DNA of 64,000 bases. Origin: Macrostomum lignano. Its lineage: Eukaryota. The first letter of the stretch is position 1. The number at the start of each line of letters is the position of its first letter. A program made the position numbers and the translations under genes. Below are positions 1 through 13,794 of this stretch, piece after piece. Below the pieces are notes generated by a model. It was not told the DNA's origin and ran no database searches. It worked only from the letters and a program-made list of their open reading frames with translations. The stretch covers positions 252,087-316,086 of the forward strand of contig NIVC01000528.1 in assembly GCA_002269645.1 (NCBI GenBank). Direction: 5' to 3'.

Positions 1-251
1 CAATCGCCCAGGCCGCCCTGCGAGATGTCGCTCCTTGAGAAGCCGTCCTTAATGAAAGTTGCATTGGGATTGATCTGCTTCGGTCGGAGCCACTTTATTC
101 CGTACCTGCCAGTCGATCCGGTGTGCTTGATGGCTCGATCGTTGGCTGGAAACTCCGGGTCCTCGTACATGGACTGTCTGCTGCAGCACATGGTTAAAAT
201 GTTCTCGTGCTTCTGCAACAGCTCTTCGAGCTCATCCTCCATGTCGGTCAT
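1..251 (-). CDS. Calpain, N-terminal part of catalytic (CysPc) domain; runs off window start
   Basis: Manual translation from ATG at 251: MTDMEDELEELLQKH...MYEDPEFPAND...IKWLRPKQI...FIKDGFSRSDISQGGLGD(C). EDPEFP, WLRP and QGxLGDC are calpain signatures; the catalytic Cys codon is cut by the window edge. Not in the ORF track. Confidence 0.9.
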   Translation of the reverse strand, partial: MTDMEDELEELLQKHENILTMCCSRQSMYEDPEFPANDRAIKHTGSTGRYGIKWLRPKQINPNATFIKDGFSRSDISQGGLGD

Positions 252-941
252 TTTTCTTTGTTAAGTTTAACAATTAATTTTTTTCCTATCGAAGCGTTCT
301 AAAGGCTTTTGTTGCGGCCCTGGCCCGGTGTATATGAAAGCTTGCTTTTGGTACTGAGGGTGGCGTGAAAAAAGCTGCTTGTACGCTTGGAAGCATTTGG
401 ACGGCGCAGAGAAAATGAGAAGCGGTGTTTATGAAAACTTTGAGCATGAAAAAAATTGAGGTGCAGCTTGTTGCCAAGCGCGCTTCTGCACTCAAGGGTT
501 TGGCATTGTACAGCTGCTAACGTTGAGCGCTAATCTCTTTCGGTGTGTTCTACTCTTGCGTTACGTTAATTTTTCTGCCCCTCTCTCTTCTATCTCTCTC
601 AGTCGCCAAGCCTCCTTTTCTGAGCTTCATCTACGCGACAAAGTGTATGCTCATAAATAATCCACTTTCGTATTAGTCGGCATTCTTGATCATTTTAGTT
701 CTCGTAATCGAAGTGGACCAAGACTACCTGCATTTATGATGTAATTTGCTGCACGCATTCAGTACAGATTACATGAGACATGCCTAATTTGTCTATTAAA
801 ATCTCGGGTGCTATTTTAAGAGTTTTTCAAACTTTCAACACATTTTCCCCAGAACCGTTCGAGACTGCGGGGGTTTATAAGTGCATTGTAAAAATTAATC
901 ACTTTTTTATTAAAATTGAGTTTTTGCAGCTCCCAAAACTA

Positions 942-1075
942 GGGGTGTTCGGGGTTCGGGGTTCGGTCGGGGTTCGGGGTCGGGGTTCGGGGTCCCGATA
1001 AATGTTCGGGATCGGGGTTCGGGACGGGATTTTGGACCAGGATTTCGGGGTTTTCGGGGTTTCGCAAATTTTCTG
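942..1075. repeat. GGGGTTC/CGGGGT short-repeat cluster, probable DNA-transposon subterminal repeats
   Basis: Clustered ggggttc variants starting at taggggtg, directly upstream of the hAT transposase relic; no partner TIR found. Confidence 0.45.
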
Positions 1076-1112
1076 AATTCCCATAGAACTACGAAAAAAT
1101 CCATATGAATTA

Positions 1113-1840
1113 GAATGTCGTCCTCTATGGTCTGCGGCAATTTCTTTCTGCTGATGTTGACGGCGTCGATCGATCCATTCGGAGGCGTCTTATGGAGCAG
1201 CTGAACAAGTGCACGCTTGAGTGCAAAGACTTCAACATCTTGTTCTACAAGACCGCTGCTTTTCTAGACAATACCATCGCCTCATCTAAACCTGGGTGAC
1301 ATGGTGGACATCCAAAACCGTCTCAAGAGTGAGGTCATCTGGAGCCTTGAGCAGGAGCTTTCTGGGCAAGATGCCGCTGCTGCTGCCAGCAGCGCAAATA
1401 CAATGGCCGCTACCGAGGAGATGCACGATAATGTCATTTCGGGTACTGAAGAGAGCTCTGGATGCAAGTTTTTGCAGTTCTGCAGATTATCTGGAATTAC
1501 CACTCAGGAGTGCAATGCGACTGCGAGTGCATCGAACTCCGGCGCCAGAGGAGACGCGAGGAAGAAGGAAGCGAGGCGCAGAGCAGCTGATCAGCTTTCT
1601 CTGTACAGGAGTCTGGCGCAGCAGAATTTTCAGGTAGCAGTCAGCGAATTCTGGAAGCAGAACTCCGCTAATCTTCCAGAGCTGGCAGAGCTCGCTAAGC
1701 TTCACCTCACTGCCCCAGCATCATCTGTCCCATCAGAGTGCGCCTTCAGTGCTGCCGGTTTTCTAAAGCGCAAGGAACGCTGCATCCTTTCCAGCTCATC
1801 GCTCGGCAAGTTAATGTTCTTGCGAGACAAATTCGATTAG
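1113..1840 (+). mobile_element. hAT transposase C-terminal relic with dimerisation domain (frameshifted)
   Basis: ORF 1301-1840 ends FWKQN..LPELAELAKLHLTAPASSVPSECAFSAAG..RCILSSSSLGKLMFL (hAT dimerisation motif). Another frame upstream gives YKTAAFLD (AxxLDP-like motif). The catalytic N-terminal part is missing. Confidence 0.85.
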
Positions 1841-3143
1841 CTGTATGCCATATTCGTTGAGCCAGAGACTGTAAAGTGACTCGCGTTCTATTCTATTATC
1901 ACTTGGTAGTCTGATCATTTAGATTAGATGACATGAGAATTCAGATGATTTTAGTGTTTACTAGCGTCAACGTGCATCAATGGCAATGCCACCAAAGACT
2001 AAGTAAACGAGATTAAGAAAAAGAGAGATTGATTCTTCATTGATAAGATAGCTTCCATCTCTGCAGAGAAAGAGACACATGATGTTTCACACATCAAACA
2101 CATCAAAATTGCTGCACAATGAACACAACCGAGTTCGTAAGTTCGTTAGTTCGTATTTCGTATTCGTAATCGATGGAATTGAATAATATACTGAATAAAT
2201 AGTGGTTTTCGAACCTTGAGTTCACTATTTGATTCACTATTGGAAAAAGAAAACAAAAGAAATGCAACCTGCCTTAAATTTATTTCACATTAATTTTAAG
2301 TTGAACTGAAAGTCTGAACAGGCTAATAGTCGTAAGTAGCCGTCAGTAACCGTAACTAAACAGTAACCGTAGAAACTGCAAGACTCCAAAAATCATGCAA
2401 TTATTGCTTGCAATGATCCACTTCCTGTGCTAGTATGTGCTCTAAATTCCAACCAGGGAGCTATGTGAGTCATACGGGGAAAGACTTGGATTCCTCCAGT
2501 TTCGGGACTAAGTTTACTAGCCCTTACCCTGTAAAGTATAACATTTTAGCACCGAGGAAAACAGCATTAAATTTTTGCGGACCAGACCAAAGGCGTAGTC
2601 ATATCACTTTTTGCAACCCAAACAAAGGTTTCTTTGTCGGAAATCGAGTACCAGCTGGTAAAACTTGGCACAAGATGCCACTACACTACATGAATATTGT
2701 GTTAGACATAGGCTGAGTTTTGTTACATTTAAAAAACGAAGCTTTAGTTCGCATATCTCTTTTAATTTTTTACCTTATTCATTCATACACTAAAATTCGA
2801 TGTATTTCTAAAATCATTAAAGTTACAAAAGTATCCGTAATCCAAAACTTTTAGCGACGATTTGTTATATTTTAGTAAGAGAGTCCTTATTTGATTTAAA
2901 ATGGGTAAAGTACTGTTGTTTTTCCAAGCTAGACCTGCTGCTTTTTTAAGTTCCTTCAAAATCAAAACCAAGTTATGTTTCAGAATACCAAAATATCAGT
3001 GTTATCAAATAAAAAATTTAAGAATTAAACGTGGTAATCGATACCAAAATGTGTTTGGCGTTTGGACTTACCTGGGTTCCGTTTTTTGTAGGCAACAATA
3101 CAAAATTCAGGTAAAGTTGCTCGCTTGGCAAGTAAGATAAATG

Positions 3144-3264
3144 GGAAGGCGAAAATCAACATTAAATTTATAGCGACGCTCAAAAATAAACCTAGCCTGG
3201 GCTGAAGATGCACAGTTTCGTGCGAAACGCGTCGCTATAAATTTAATGTTGATTTTCGCCTTCC
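3144..3264 (+). ncRNA. Minimal hammerhead ribozyme motif of Penelope-like element type within a perfect 36-bp inverted repeat
   Basis: CTGAAGA (3202-3208), stem II GCAC/GTGC, GAAAC and palindromic ACGCGT leading to GTC. Arms 3144-3179 and 3229-3264 are exact reverse complements; AATAAA lies just upstream of the core. Confidence 0.6.
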
Positions 3265-4736
3265 TAACAATACAAAAAATCAAGAATTTTGGACAACGCA
3301 CACACCTATTGCAACACCTATATTTAAATTGTTTTAATGTTTTACACCTACATACCATTGTTATCAGATTGAATAATAAATATAAGCCCCTATGCCATAA
3401 TAGATGCTATGCATAAAAATATATAAAATTAAAAAAAACATTTAATCTAGACTTATAGAGTATAGGCTCTAACACATTGTATTAAATCTGTTATATTTCT
3501 AGCAAGGACCTAACTATTATTTTGACACTAACTAAGTATTTTATTACTTTGATTACAAAAAGAAATAAATAGTATAAAGTCAAAATTAGTTTGTTAGAAT
3601 TTCAAAAATCAAGTGCAAATAATGCATTGCTATGGCTTTATTGATATAAATGTCTAATAATGTTTTTTTCTCATTTTTCTCTTTAAATTATCCTATTATG
3701 ATAAATCCATTGGTAAAATTTTGCTAGATAGTTTTTAGTGCATCCAGTGCATATATATATTATTTGAATAGAATAGACTATTTCTAAATCTAGATTACTA
3801 TAAAAAGTACTTATTCTTTATTGTTTGCAATAGGGCCAGTTTTTAGTTAGCTCAAAATAAATGATTTGTAATAAAAAAACTATAAGTTAAAGTAGTTGAA
3901 GAGTAGTTGAAATTAGAGTCTAACCAAGTTGAAAGTAACAAAATAATATGTACAAATTGTGACTATTTAATCTAAATATCATAATCCTCATGTCAATATT
4001 CTTATAGATAGATCTAGATTTTGGGTAAATTTGAAAACATTCAAGATCTTGCCAAAATATGACAAAAAGTAAATTGTATTAATATCTATAAGGTATTCTT
4101 TATAATAAAATAAATCTCTCAATAAATTATTTTTTTAAACTGTACAAGCGTATAAATTGAAAAAAAATTGTGTAAAAAAAAGTTAAAAACTAACTCTTGC
4201 TTAGAAATTTTGGAATTATAAATAAAAAATTTGAATTTTTATTATCAATTGATGATGAACTATTAAGAATCAACTATTTTGTTATTTTCATGCTATCTGT
4301 GGCAGCTAGCAATGACCATCAAATCCATGAGCTGAGTGGTGTGGTCTCAAATGCAATTTGCATGCCAAGATAGTCAGGCATCCAGCAGTATCTGCATGTG
4401 TACCAAAGTTGGTATCCTGTCAGCTTATTGCTATGTTAATGACACCTGCATGAGCTGGATCGAACCATACCAACAGCTGCAGCCACATCAGAAGTGTGCC
4501 TCCCTGTCCACCATTGCCCTGAACATGGTAGGCAGCTTTTAGTGTCAATCTGGGATTCTGGGTTATTTTAAACTGAGAATTTCATACTTTTGTCTTCATC
4601 TTGTAGAAATAAACTACTGGTCCTTGCTCACGTCCGCCTCTTGATGAATTTATTGAATACCTCGACAATCTTGAAAATTGGAATGATCAGTTTTCTCTAT
4701 TTTCTTTGAAAAGAAGAGCACAATGTACTCATTCAG

Positions 4737-7700
4737 CTGTGCACCGCCTGCAGGACTCCACTGACCACGCAGACGGTCTGGCGCACTTTGCCGGATGCTT
4801 TGGCGCGGGCGGCAGCGAAAGCGGTGGTTTGTCTGTCGGCTGCGTGTCGGGGCCGAAGCGCAGCGACTCCCTTCCGGGCCCGGCCGATCCCATCGGCTCT
4901 GCGGGATTCTTCCCTGATCTGCAGGCTGCCGCGGACGAGCCGCAGTCCGACCACGAGACCGTGCTGTTCGAGCTGACCAGGGTGCCTGCCGAGGATCTGG
5001 CGCGCGAACTGACGCTCATATTTCTGCGGGAATTCCAGGTGAAATCTGCTGGCAGATTTGGGGATTGGTGTCTCAGGGTGAGATTTTAGAGCGGAAATAT
5101 CAAGGTGAGATTCTAGATCGGAGATCTCAGGGTGAGATTCTAGAGCGGAGATCTCAGGGTGAGATTCTAAATCTAGCATCTTCAGGGGAGATTCTAGAGC
5201 TGAAATATCAGGGTGAAATTCTAGATCGGAGATCTCAGGGTGAGATTCTAGAGCGGAAATATCAAGGTGAGATTCTAGATCGGAGATCTCAGGGTGAGAT
5301 TCTAGATCGGAGATCTCAGGGTGAGATTCTAAATCTAAATCTAGCATCTTCAGGGGAGATTCTAAATCTGAAGTATCAGGGTGAAATTCTAAATCGGAGA
5401 TCTCAGGGTGAAATTCTAGATCGAAAATCTCAGGGTGAGATTCTAGATCGGAGATCTCAGGGTGAGATTCTAGATCGGAAATCTCAGGGTGAGATTCTAA
5501 ATCTAGCATCTTCAGGGGAGATTCTAGAGCGGAAATATCAGGGTGAAATTCTAGATCGGAAATCTCAGGGTGAGATTCTAAATCTAGCATCTTCAGGGTG
5601 GGATTCTAGATCGGAGATCTCAGGGTGGGATTCTAGATCGGAGATCTCAGGGTGACATTCTAGATCGGAAATCTCAGGGTGAGATTCTAGATCGTAAGTC
5701 TCAGTTTGAGATCCCAGCTCCCAAACCCCGCACCCCCAGGCCATCACTCCTGACGAGCTGACAAGCCTGGGCTGGTCCAAGCGGGACAAGCTGGTCCGAG
5801 CGCCGAACGTGGTCAGGTTCACCCTGCTCTTCAACCGGGTGAACTTCTGGGCCCAGCGCTGCATCCTGGAGGCCAAGCAGCTGCCGCACCGGGCCGCGGT
5901 GATGGCGCACTTCATCCGGCTGGGCAAGAAGCTGCTGCGCCACCAGAACTTGCACGCCGCCTTCGCCCTGCTGGCCGCGCTGCAGTCGCAGCCGGTCTAT
6001 CGGTTGAAGCGAACCTGGGACCTCCTGCCCAGGAAGTGCTGCGACGCCTACCAGCGACTGGTGGACCTGTTCTCTGCGGACAACAACCACGACAGACTGC
6101 GCCGCTTCCTGCAGGAGGCCCGGCTGCCCATCATTCCTTATCTTGGTGAGGCTGGGGTTGCTGCTGGCAAGACTTCTTTAACATTTCTTGAGGTGTTTGT
6201 ATTTTTGATTGTGATTTTTTTACTGATTTTTTCTGCCAACGTTCCTGGTTTTTAATTTGGCATTCAAATAATTAGAAATCGAGGTTCGATCATTTGAAAT
6301 TGAATTTTTAGATAGATTAATATAACATTGTTAGATAGCTTGCTATAAAATTGTTACATAGCTTAAAACAGAAGTGTTAGATAGTTTGAAATACGAGCTA
6401 GAAGTGTCAGATAGCTTGAACCAGAAGTGTTAGATAGCTTGAACCAGAAGTGTTAGATAGCTTGAACCAGAAGTGTTAGATAGCTTGAACCAGAAGTGTT
6501 AGATAGCTTGAACCAGAAGTGTTAGATAGCTTGAACCAGAAGTGTTAGATAGCTTGAACCAGAAGTGTTAGATAGCTTGAACCAGAAGTGTTAGATAGCT
6601 TGAACCAGAAGTGTTAGATAGCTTGAACCAGAAGTGTTAGATAGCTTGAACCAGAAGTGTTAGATAGCTTAAACCAGAACCCGATGCTACTGCACCATCC
6701 CGCAGGCCTGTACATGAACGATCTGGTGTACATTGACGCCTGCTACCCCAGCACTGGCGGCCTGCTGGAGGCCCAGTCTCGCACGGACCAGATGAACAAC
6801 ATCTGTCGCATCATATCTGAGAATCAGCAGTCCGCTTACTGTGAGAGCCTGTGATTAACCTGTGATTAACCTGGCGCACATTTAATAGGCAAGAATGCTT
6901 CAGCCAGCTCAGCCGCTCCGATCCCGCAGCTTTCCCCAGCAAGCCGCACATCCGCCGCTACCTGGAGTCGCAGAGCTACATAGAGGAGATGCAGAGCATC
7001 ATCGAGGCGGAGAATTATAACATTTCCCTGGAGCTGGAGCCGAAGCAGGGCTCCGACAGTCAGCTGCTGGTTCGCCGAGGAGGCGGTCAAGACTGCGACG
7101 GCCAGCAGAGGCGGCGGCAGCGGCAGCAGCACCAGCCGGATTCGGTGCGCCTGAAGCCGCCCCAGGGGCTAGACTGTTGCTACGTGTCTGGGGACGGCGC
7201 CGGGGCCGTTACTATGGTGTCTCATCGCAAGTCCAAGAGTCTGGGAGATGCGTGAGTGCTCATGCGTATTAGCTGGCTGAAGGCGCTTAAGATGTCCATA
7301 ACATTTTAAAATTGAAGTTTAAACTTCACAAGCGCTGACAAACACTGCCCCAAAAATGCCTAATTAGTTTTTTTATAGCTTTTATGCCTTTTTTAAATGA
7401 TCGCTTTCATAACAGAACCGCCTTCACGCCTCATCCATCACAGAACCGCCTTCACGCCTCATCCATCACAGAACCGCCTTCACGCCTCATCCATCACAGA
7501 ACCGCCTTCACGCCCCATCCATCACAGAACCGCCTTCACGCCCCATCCATCACAGAACCGCCTTCACGCCCCATCCATCACAGAACCGCCTTCACGCCCC
7601 ATCCATCACAGAACCGCCTTCACGCCCCATCCATCACAGAACCGCCTTCACGCCCCATCCATCACAGAACCGCCTTCACGCCCCATCCATCACAGAACCG

Positions 7701-10700
7701 CCTTCACGCCCCGTCCATCACAGAACCGCCTTCACGCCCCGTCACCCACTGCTAAAAGTGCAGCTAATTCGTACCTGAAAATCCGCATTGAAGGTTCCTC
7801 AGCGACGTCTCCCCAGACGAGGATTCGCCACCGCCCAAGTGAGATCTGCTCACACTGTGGTCACTTCTTATAGAAGTTTTCATTCTCTTTGTAATAAGGT
7901 AGCAACTATTCACCACCTATCTGAGCTGCCTGCTTCGCCTGTGCTGTGCAGCAGCCAGGAAAGATCGCGCTGCATTTTGTGGAATTTGTTTTGAAAGCCA
8001 GTCTTCAAGAAAGTGTTCAATTCTATGAATGACGCAGTTACTCGTAAGGCAGTAAAAAAGTACTCAAATTTGGCTTGCAGCGGGGTAGTGAGCTGTAAAG
8101 CACAGAGATGCACTTTTAGCCATTGCCCAGTGCGCTCGATCTCGGCGCTGGATGTTGGCGCTGCATGGCATGCCCAGCTGTAGAATGCGGCTGTAGAATG
8201 CGCTCTCTGTAGCCAAGCTAAGGCTCTGCGCAATTGTTTTTGGTATCAACTTTATTGTTACTGTGTTGTAGCTTTTTTACTTTTTTCACAGTTTATTAAG
8301 AACGTTCGCTTACCTTTAATTTTGTGGAATCTCTGTCCGATTTTCATAGTCTGTGCGGCAGTTTCACCCGCAGCGCCAATTTTTTACTTGTGCACCAATG
8401 TTAAATTCGCCACATAAAAGGGACCTTTTATGATCAGGTTAAAAGGATTACCAGCCTTGAGAACCCCCTCTGAAACGTCCTTGAGAACCCCCTCTGAAAC
8501 GTCTTTGAGAATCGCCTCTGAAACGACCTTGAGAACCCCCTCTGAAACGTCCTTGAGAATCGCCTCTGAAACGACCTTGAGAACCCCCTCTGAAACGTCC
8601 TTGAGAATCGCCTCTGAAACTACCTTGAGAACCCCCTCTGAAACGTCCTTGAAAACCCTATCTAAAACGAACTTGAAAATCTCCTATGAAACGTTCTTAA
8701 GAATTTTAAAACGACCTTGAGAACCCCCTCTGAAACGTCTTTGAGAATCGCCTCTAAAACGACCTTGAGAACCCCCTCTGAAACGTCCTTGAGAACCCTC
8801 TCTGAAACGTCCTTGAGAATCGCCTCTGAAACGACCTTGAGAACCCCCTCTGAAACGACCTTGAGAACCCCCTCTGAAAAGTCCTTGAGAACCCCCTCTG
8901 AAAAGTCCTTGAAAACCCCCTTTAAAACGTCCTTGAAAACCCTCTCTGAAACGAACTTGAAAATCGCCTCTGAAACGTTCTTAAGAATTTTAAAACGTCC
9001 TTGAGAAGCGCCTCTAAAACGTCCTTGAGAAGCGCCTCTGAAACGTTCTTGAGAACTCCCTCTGAAACGACCTTGAGAAGCGCCTCTGAAAGGACCTCTG
9101 AAAGGAATCCCCCTGAGACGTCCATAGGAATTTTTCCTGAAGCGTACTTTAGAATCGCCCCAGAAATGTACTTCAGAATCGCACTTTGAACTTCCATAAG
9201 AATCCCTACTCACTTGAAGCGTCTCTGAGCAGTCTTAGATCGCCGCGATCATCAATCGGCCTATGCCAACTTCCAACTTCCAAGATTCCAACCAACCCCA
9301 TTCGCAGTTCCGCCCTGCATGACCATCACGCCATCAGCGCCCCAGGTGGCGGCCTGGGCGCAACTCCGAGGCCCGACCGGCAGCGCCCCGGCGTTGGAGA
9401 CGCCGCCTTCCTGCCGATGAGCGCCGGTCACCCAAACGGCATCGAGCATCTGCGCAACCTCATCGATGACTCGCTGCCCGTGTCCAGTGAGTGACAGCTG
9501 TGTTCTTGCTTACTACATGCACATGCTGTGACTTTACTATGCCTCCATCTTCGGCTCTTTCCATTTGACCCAATTATTCCCGCAACTTAGGACCCAGTCA
9601 TTATCATAACCTGACCCACCATCCCCACTTCTGACCCACTCATCCCCAGTCCTGACCCACTCATCCCCACTTCTGACTCATTCACCCCCACTGCTGACCC
9701 ACTCATCCCCACTTCTGACTCATTCACCCCCACTGCTGACCCACTCATCCCCACTTCTGACTCATTCACCCCCACTGCTGACCCACGCATCCTCATCCTG
9801 CCCGCAGCCGCAGACTGCAGCAACGCCAGTCTCTCGTCAAACGCGCCAGTCGCAACTGGCGGCGCCGCCGGCCCGCTGTCTGCTCCGCCCTCCTCGCCTC
9901 CGCCGCTTTCGTCCCCGGCGGCCAGCCCGCAGTTGCAGCGGCAGCAGCAGCCGGCGCCGCCATTGCCGCGGCCGGAAATTCGCCTGCTGCCGTCAACGCC
10001 GTTGGAGCGGCAGGAGGCGGAGCCGCTGTGCCAGGGCCCGCTGGAGCGGAAGTCGATTTTTAAGCTGGGCAAGCGGCAGACCCGCTCCCGCTATCGCCGC
10101 TTCTGGGCCGAGCTGACCCTGGAAGCGTCCGGGCCGCAGCTGCGCCTCTACCCGCCCTGCCAGCGCCTGCTGCTGCCGTCCTCCTTCAGCGGCGGCGACC
10201 GCCGCCGGCACTACAAGGAAGCGTGGAAGCACGCGCAGTCGCTGGAGAACGCATCGCTGGTTGACGATGTCGGCGAGGTGGACAGCCGCGGCAGGCAGCT
10301 GCAGCTGCCGCAGGGGGGCAACCGGCTGGCGTTCCAGATCAACTTTGATGACCAGTGCGGTGAGGCTGCCTGAGGCTGCTGTTGAGATCCTCGAACCCCC
10401 TTGACACCACCTCCAATCTCTAATCTATTCACATCATCTCCTTTCTCTAATCCCATTCACATCATCTCCAATCTCTAATCCCATTCACAACATCTCCTTT
10501 CTCTAATCCCATTCACATCATCTCCAATCTCTAATCCCATTCACATCATCTCCAATCTCTAATCCCATTCACATCATCTCCTTTCTCTAATCCCATTCAC
10601 ATAATCTCCAATCTCTAATCCCATTCACATAATCTCCAATCTCTAATCCCATTCACATCATCTCCAATCTCTAATCTATTCACATCATCTCCTTTCTCTA

Positions 10701-11938
10701 ATCCCATTCACATAATCTCCAATCTCCAATCTCTAATCCCATTCACATCATCTCCAATCTCTAATCTATTCACATCATCTCCTTTCTCTAATCCCATTCA
10801 CATAATCTCCAATGTCTAATCCCATTCACATAATCTCCCATCTCTAATCCTATTCACATAATCTCCAATCTATAATCCCATTCACACCATCTCCTTTCTC
10901 TAATCCCATTCACATAATCTCCCATCTCTAATCCTATTCACATAATCTCCAATCTCTAATCCCATTCACACCATCTCCTTTCTCTAATCCCATTCACATA
11001 ATCTCCAATCTCTAATCCCATTCACAACATCTCCAATCTCTAATCTATTCACATCACCTCCCATCTCTAATCCATTCACATCATCTCCAATCTCTAATCT
11101 ATTCACATCATCTCCTTTCTCTAATCCCATTCACATAATCTCCAATCTCTAATCCCATTCACATCATCTCCAATCTCTAATCCCATTCACATAATCTCCC
11201 ATCTCTAATCCTATTCACATAATCTCCAATCTCTAATCCCATTCACATCATCTCCCATCTCTAATCCTATTCACATAATCTCCAATCTCTAATCCCATTC
11301 ACACCATCTCCTTTCTCTAATCCCATTCACATAATCTCCAATCTCTAATCCCATTCACAACATCTCCAATCTCTAATCTATTCACATCACCTCCCATCTC
11401 TAATCCATTCACATCATCTCCAATCTCTAATCTATTCACATAATCTCCAAACTCTAATCCCATTCACATCATCTCCAATCTCTAATTCAATTCATTAAAA
11501 TCCCAGAATCCCTTTCTCACAAAATCTCACAATCTTTTCCAATCATTTTAAAATGAAAAAATCTCAATTTTCTCAGAATGCTCTCTAATCCCACTCATTA
11601 ATTCTCAAGTAGCACTGGAAATCCCCTAATTTAATTTCCTCTCAGAGTCGGCCGCCGGCAGGCAGCACGCCTCCTTATCGGGCCTGAAGTTCAGCAGCTA
11701 CAAGTACCGCGTCTGCCACGGTGGCTCCGCGGCGGCGGCGGCAGCGGCGGCCGGACAGCCGCTTCCAGGCCGGGACCACTGGGTGGCCGCCATCCGGCAG
11801 GCCATCGACATGTGTCGTCAGGAGAAGGCGCTGATCGACTTCAACGACGCTGCACCGTCGACCCTGACGATGGCGGCGGCGTCGGCCACCACGGCGTCGA
11901 GCAGCCGGAGCGGCAGCGCCGAGTGGACCTGCCTGTGA
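4737..11938 (+). CDS. RALGPS: RalGPS-type Ras-GEF with C-terminal PH domain (7 exons seen; 5' end uncertain)
   Basis: Exons ~4737-5038, 5740-6145, 6706-6840, 6930-7251, 9308-9486, 9808-10359, 11646-11938, all GT-AG and phase-consistent. Motifs [73 protein letters not shown] and PH QGPLERK match RalGPS1/2. Confidence 0.9.
5065..5700. repeat. 27-nt minisatellite (cagggtgagattctagatcggagatct), RalGPS intron 1
   Basis: Direct tandem copies with variants; source of the spurious QGEILDRRS ORFs. Confidence 0.95.
6370..6680. repeat. 23-nt minisatellite (agaagtgttagatagcttgaacc)
   Basis: About 12 near-identical tandem copies in RalGPS intron 2. Confidence 0.95.
7410..7742. repeat. 28-nt minisatellite (cacagaaccgccttcacgccccatccat)
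   Basis: About 12 tandem copies, intronic. Confidence 0.95.
8455..9115. repeat. 24-nt minisatellite (ccttgagaaccccctctgaaacgt)
   Basis: Tandem copies including a duplicated block; intronic. Confidence 0.93.
9610..9790. repeat. 21/42-nt tandem repeat (ccccacttctgactcattcacccccactgctgacccactcat)
   Basis: Ends just before the acceptor at 9807. Confidence 0.85.
10415..11490. repeat. 28-nt minisatellite (tctctaatcccattcacatcatctccaa)
   Basis: About 38 copies in the last RalGPS intron. Confidence 0.95.
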
Positions 11939-12814
11939 CGTTCTGGGTGCACCGGTCTTTTTTGATTGGCGGTTTTTAATAAAAATTGTTGTCACCGATA
12001 TTAGATACTGGCAGTAGACCGTTGAAAACGTTACTGGGACATTGCAAACAACTCTTTAGCGACTCTCGGGCGCTGAAGCTTGTGAATTTTCAACGATTCA
12101 AACGATTGCAATGCGACGGAGAGGCGACTGTTGAGTCACGAGCGCATCACGTGAGTTGCAGAATCGTAAAAGAGTCTCGAAAATGTCGTCCAAGAGCCGT
12201 TGTGTTAGCGCTTGACTTTCTACTCACTTGAGTAGACTTAATAGAGTTCTTGCTTTGAATCAGAAAAAAATATCCTACGTTTTTACTATAGTTTATTTTC
12301 GCTATTCTTTTTCTACAACCAAGTGACAGATTCTGTCCAACTTATTTTATCTCAATACTTTGTGCTGCCCGTCACTAATAAATTTGCAGTTTTATCAGAC
12401 CCAGAGTCTGCGTTGTTTATCAGCCCGTTTTTACAATCCTGTCGTTCATTCTGCTGTCAAAATACGCTGTCTTAAATTCTAGATCTTACATGCTTAAACT
12501 GAAATGTTCCTACCTGGATTATACTACTATTGCTGTGCTATTTGTGAGTAGGCTAGTGCGATTCTTTCACTCCATGTGTTTGCTTAGTTTTTACAATTTA
12601 TTGCTTGCTTCTTTTTCAGCCCGTTCTTATAACAACCTCACACTGCTTTTAACTTTCATTCGTTCAGATCCTTTTTACTTATAAATTTGTTTTCTTCACG
12701 TGTACGCTATTAGCTGCAACGCGCCATTTTGAACCTGTTGCTAGGGCTTAGAATTAGCTCGCTTTGAGTGAGCTCGATGTACAGCTTGCTTGTTGCTGTG
12801 CTTGGCTTGTAGAT

Positions 12815-13200
12815 CCCCATCTAACTGGCCCCCTCTATCTACCTCTCCTATCTAACCCCTCTCCACCTCCCCTATCTAACCCCTCCCTACCTTTTCTATC
12901 TAACCCGTCCCCACCTCCCCTATCTAACCCCTCCCCACCTCCCCTATCTAACCTCTCCCTTCCTTCCCTATCTACCCCCTCCCTACTTCCCTTATCTAAC
13001 CTCTGCCTACCTTCCCTATCTAACCCACCTAACCCTCCCTACCTCTCTACCTCCCTCTCTACTCCCATCTACTTCCCCTCTCTACCTCTCTATTTTCTAC
13101 ATACCATCCCGACCTTTCTCCCTACCCCCTACTATCTCCTCTGTAGCCCACTCTACCTTTCCTATCCCTCACCCATCCAGTCTCCCCCAGTCCCAGCCTG
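12815..13200. repeat. C/T-rich degenerate repeat (cccctatctaacc)
   Basis: Low-complexity tandem units, intergenic. Confidence 0.75.
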
Positions 13201-13794
13201 GCCCATCCCGCCAGTCTGCATATCAGCTTGTACATACTGCCGTACGTACTGTGTACCCTGCGTGATTTCTTATTGTAGTTCTCTGTTTAACTACCCAGCA
13301 GACTGCTGCATGGGCCCGAGAATTCCATCGAAAATCTATGGACCAATTATAATAATTGCCCAGCTAGGGCCAGTTCATTCTCAAATATTTTAATAGTAAT
13401 TTTTTATACGAGAGTTCACACAGCAACTGCTGCAGAGTGTTTGAGCTCGACTCTACAGTGTGTGTTTTTTGGGGACATTGTTTTTTGGAGACTCATTCGC
13501 TAGAGAGGAATGCTGGAATTCAAGCTCAGTTGAGCAGCTTTTTTGTTTACTTCTGCTCTACTAACTGAGCAGGGAAACTTGAGAATTAAAAGAATAAATC
13601 TTCCTTCTGTTGGCTAAGGGATTTGCTAAAGGAAATTGAAATTCGACTGCTTGTACCTGCTAGGGGACGACCGGGCCAATGGCAGAACTCCATTGACAGA
13701 GTTTTTTAGCTTCTGCCGGGGCGCGCTGGTTTAAGGGCAAGGCCTGACTCTACTGTAAAACAAAACTTTAGCTTTCTACTGTGTATTAAAGCTA

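Noticed and set aside
942-1075. Interstitial telomere repeat
   Set aside because: Units are irregular GGGGTTC variants rather than TTAGGG, and they adjoin a transposase relic.
2750-4300. Decayed non-LTR retrotransposon in the AT-rich tract
   Set aside because: No RT, endonuclease or zinc-knuckle motif could be reconstructed with confidence.
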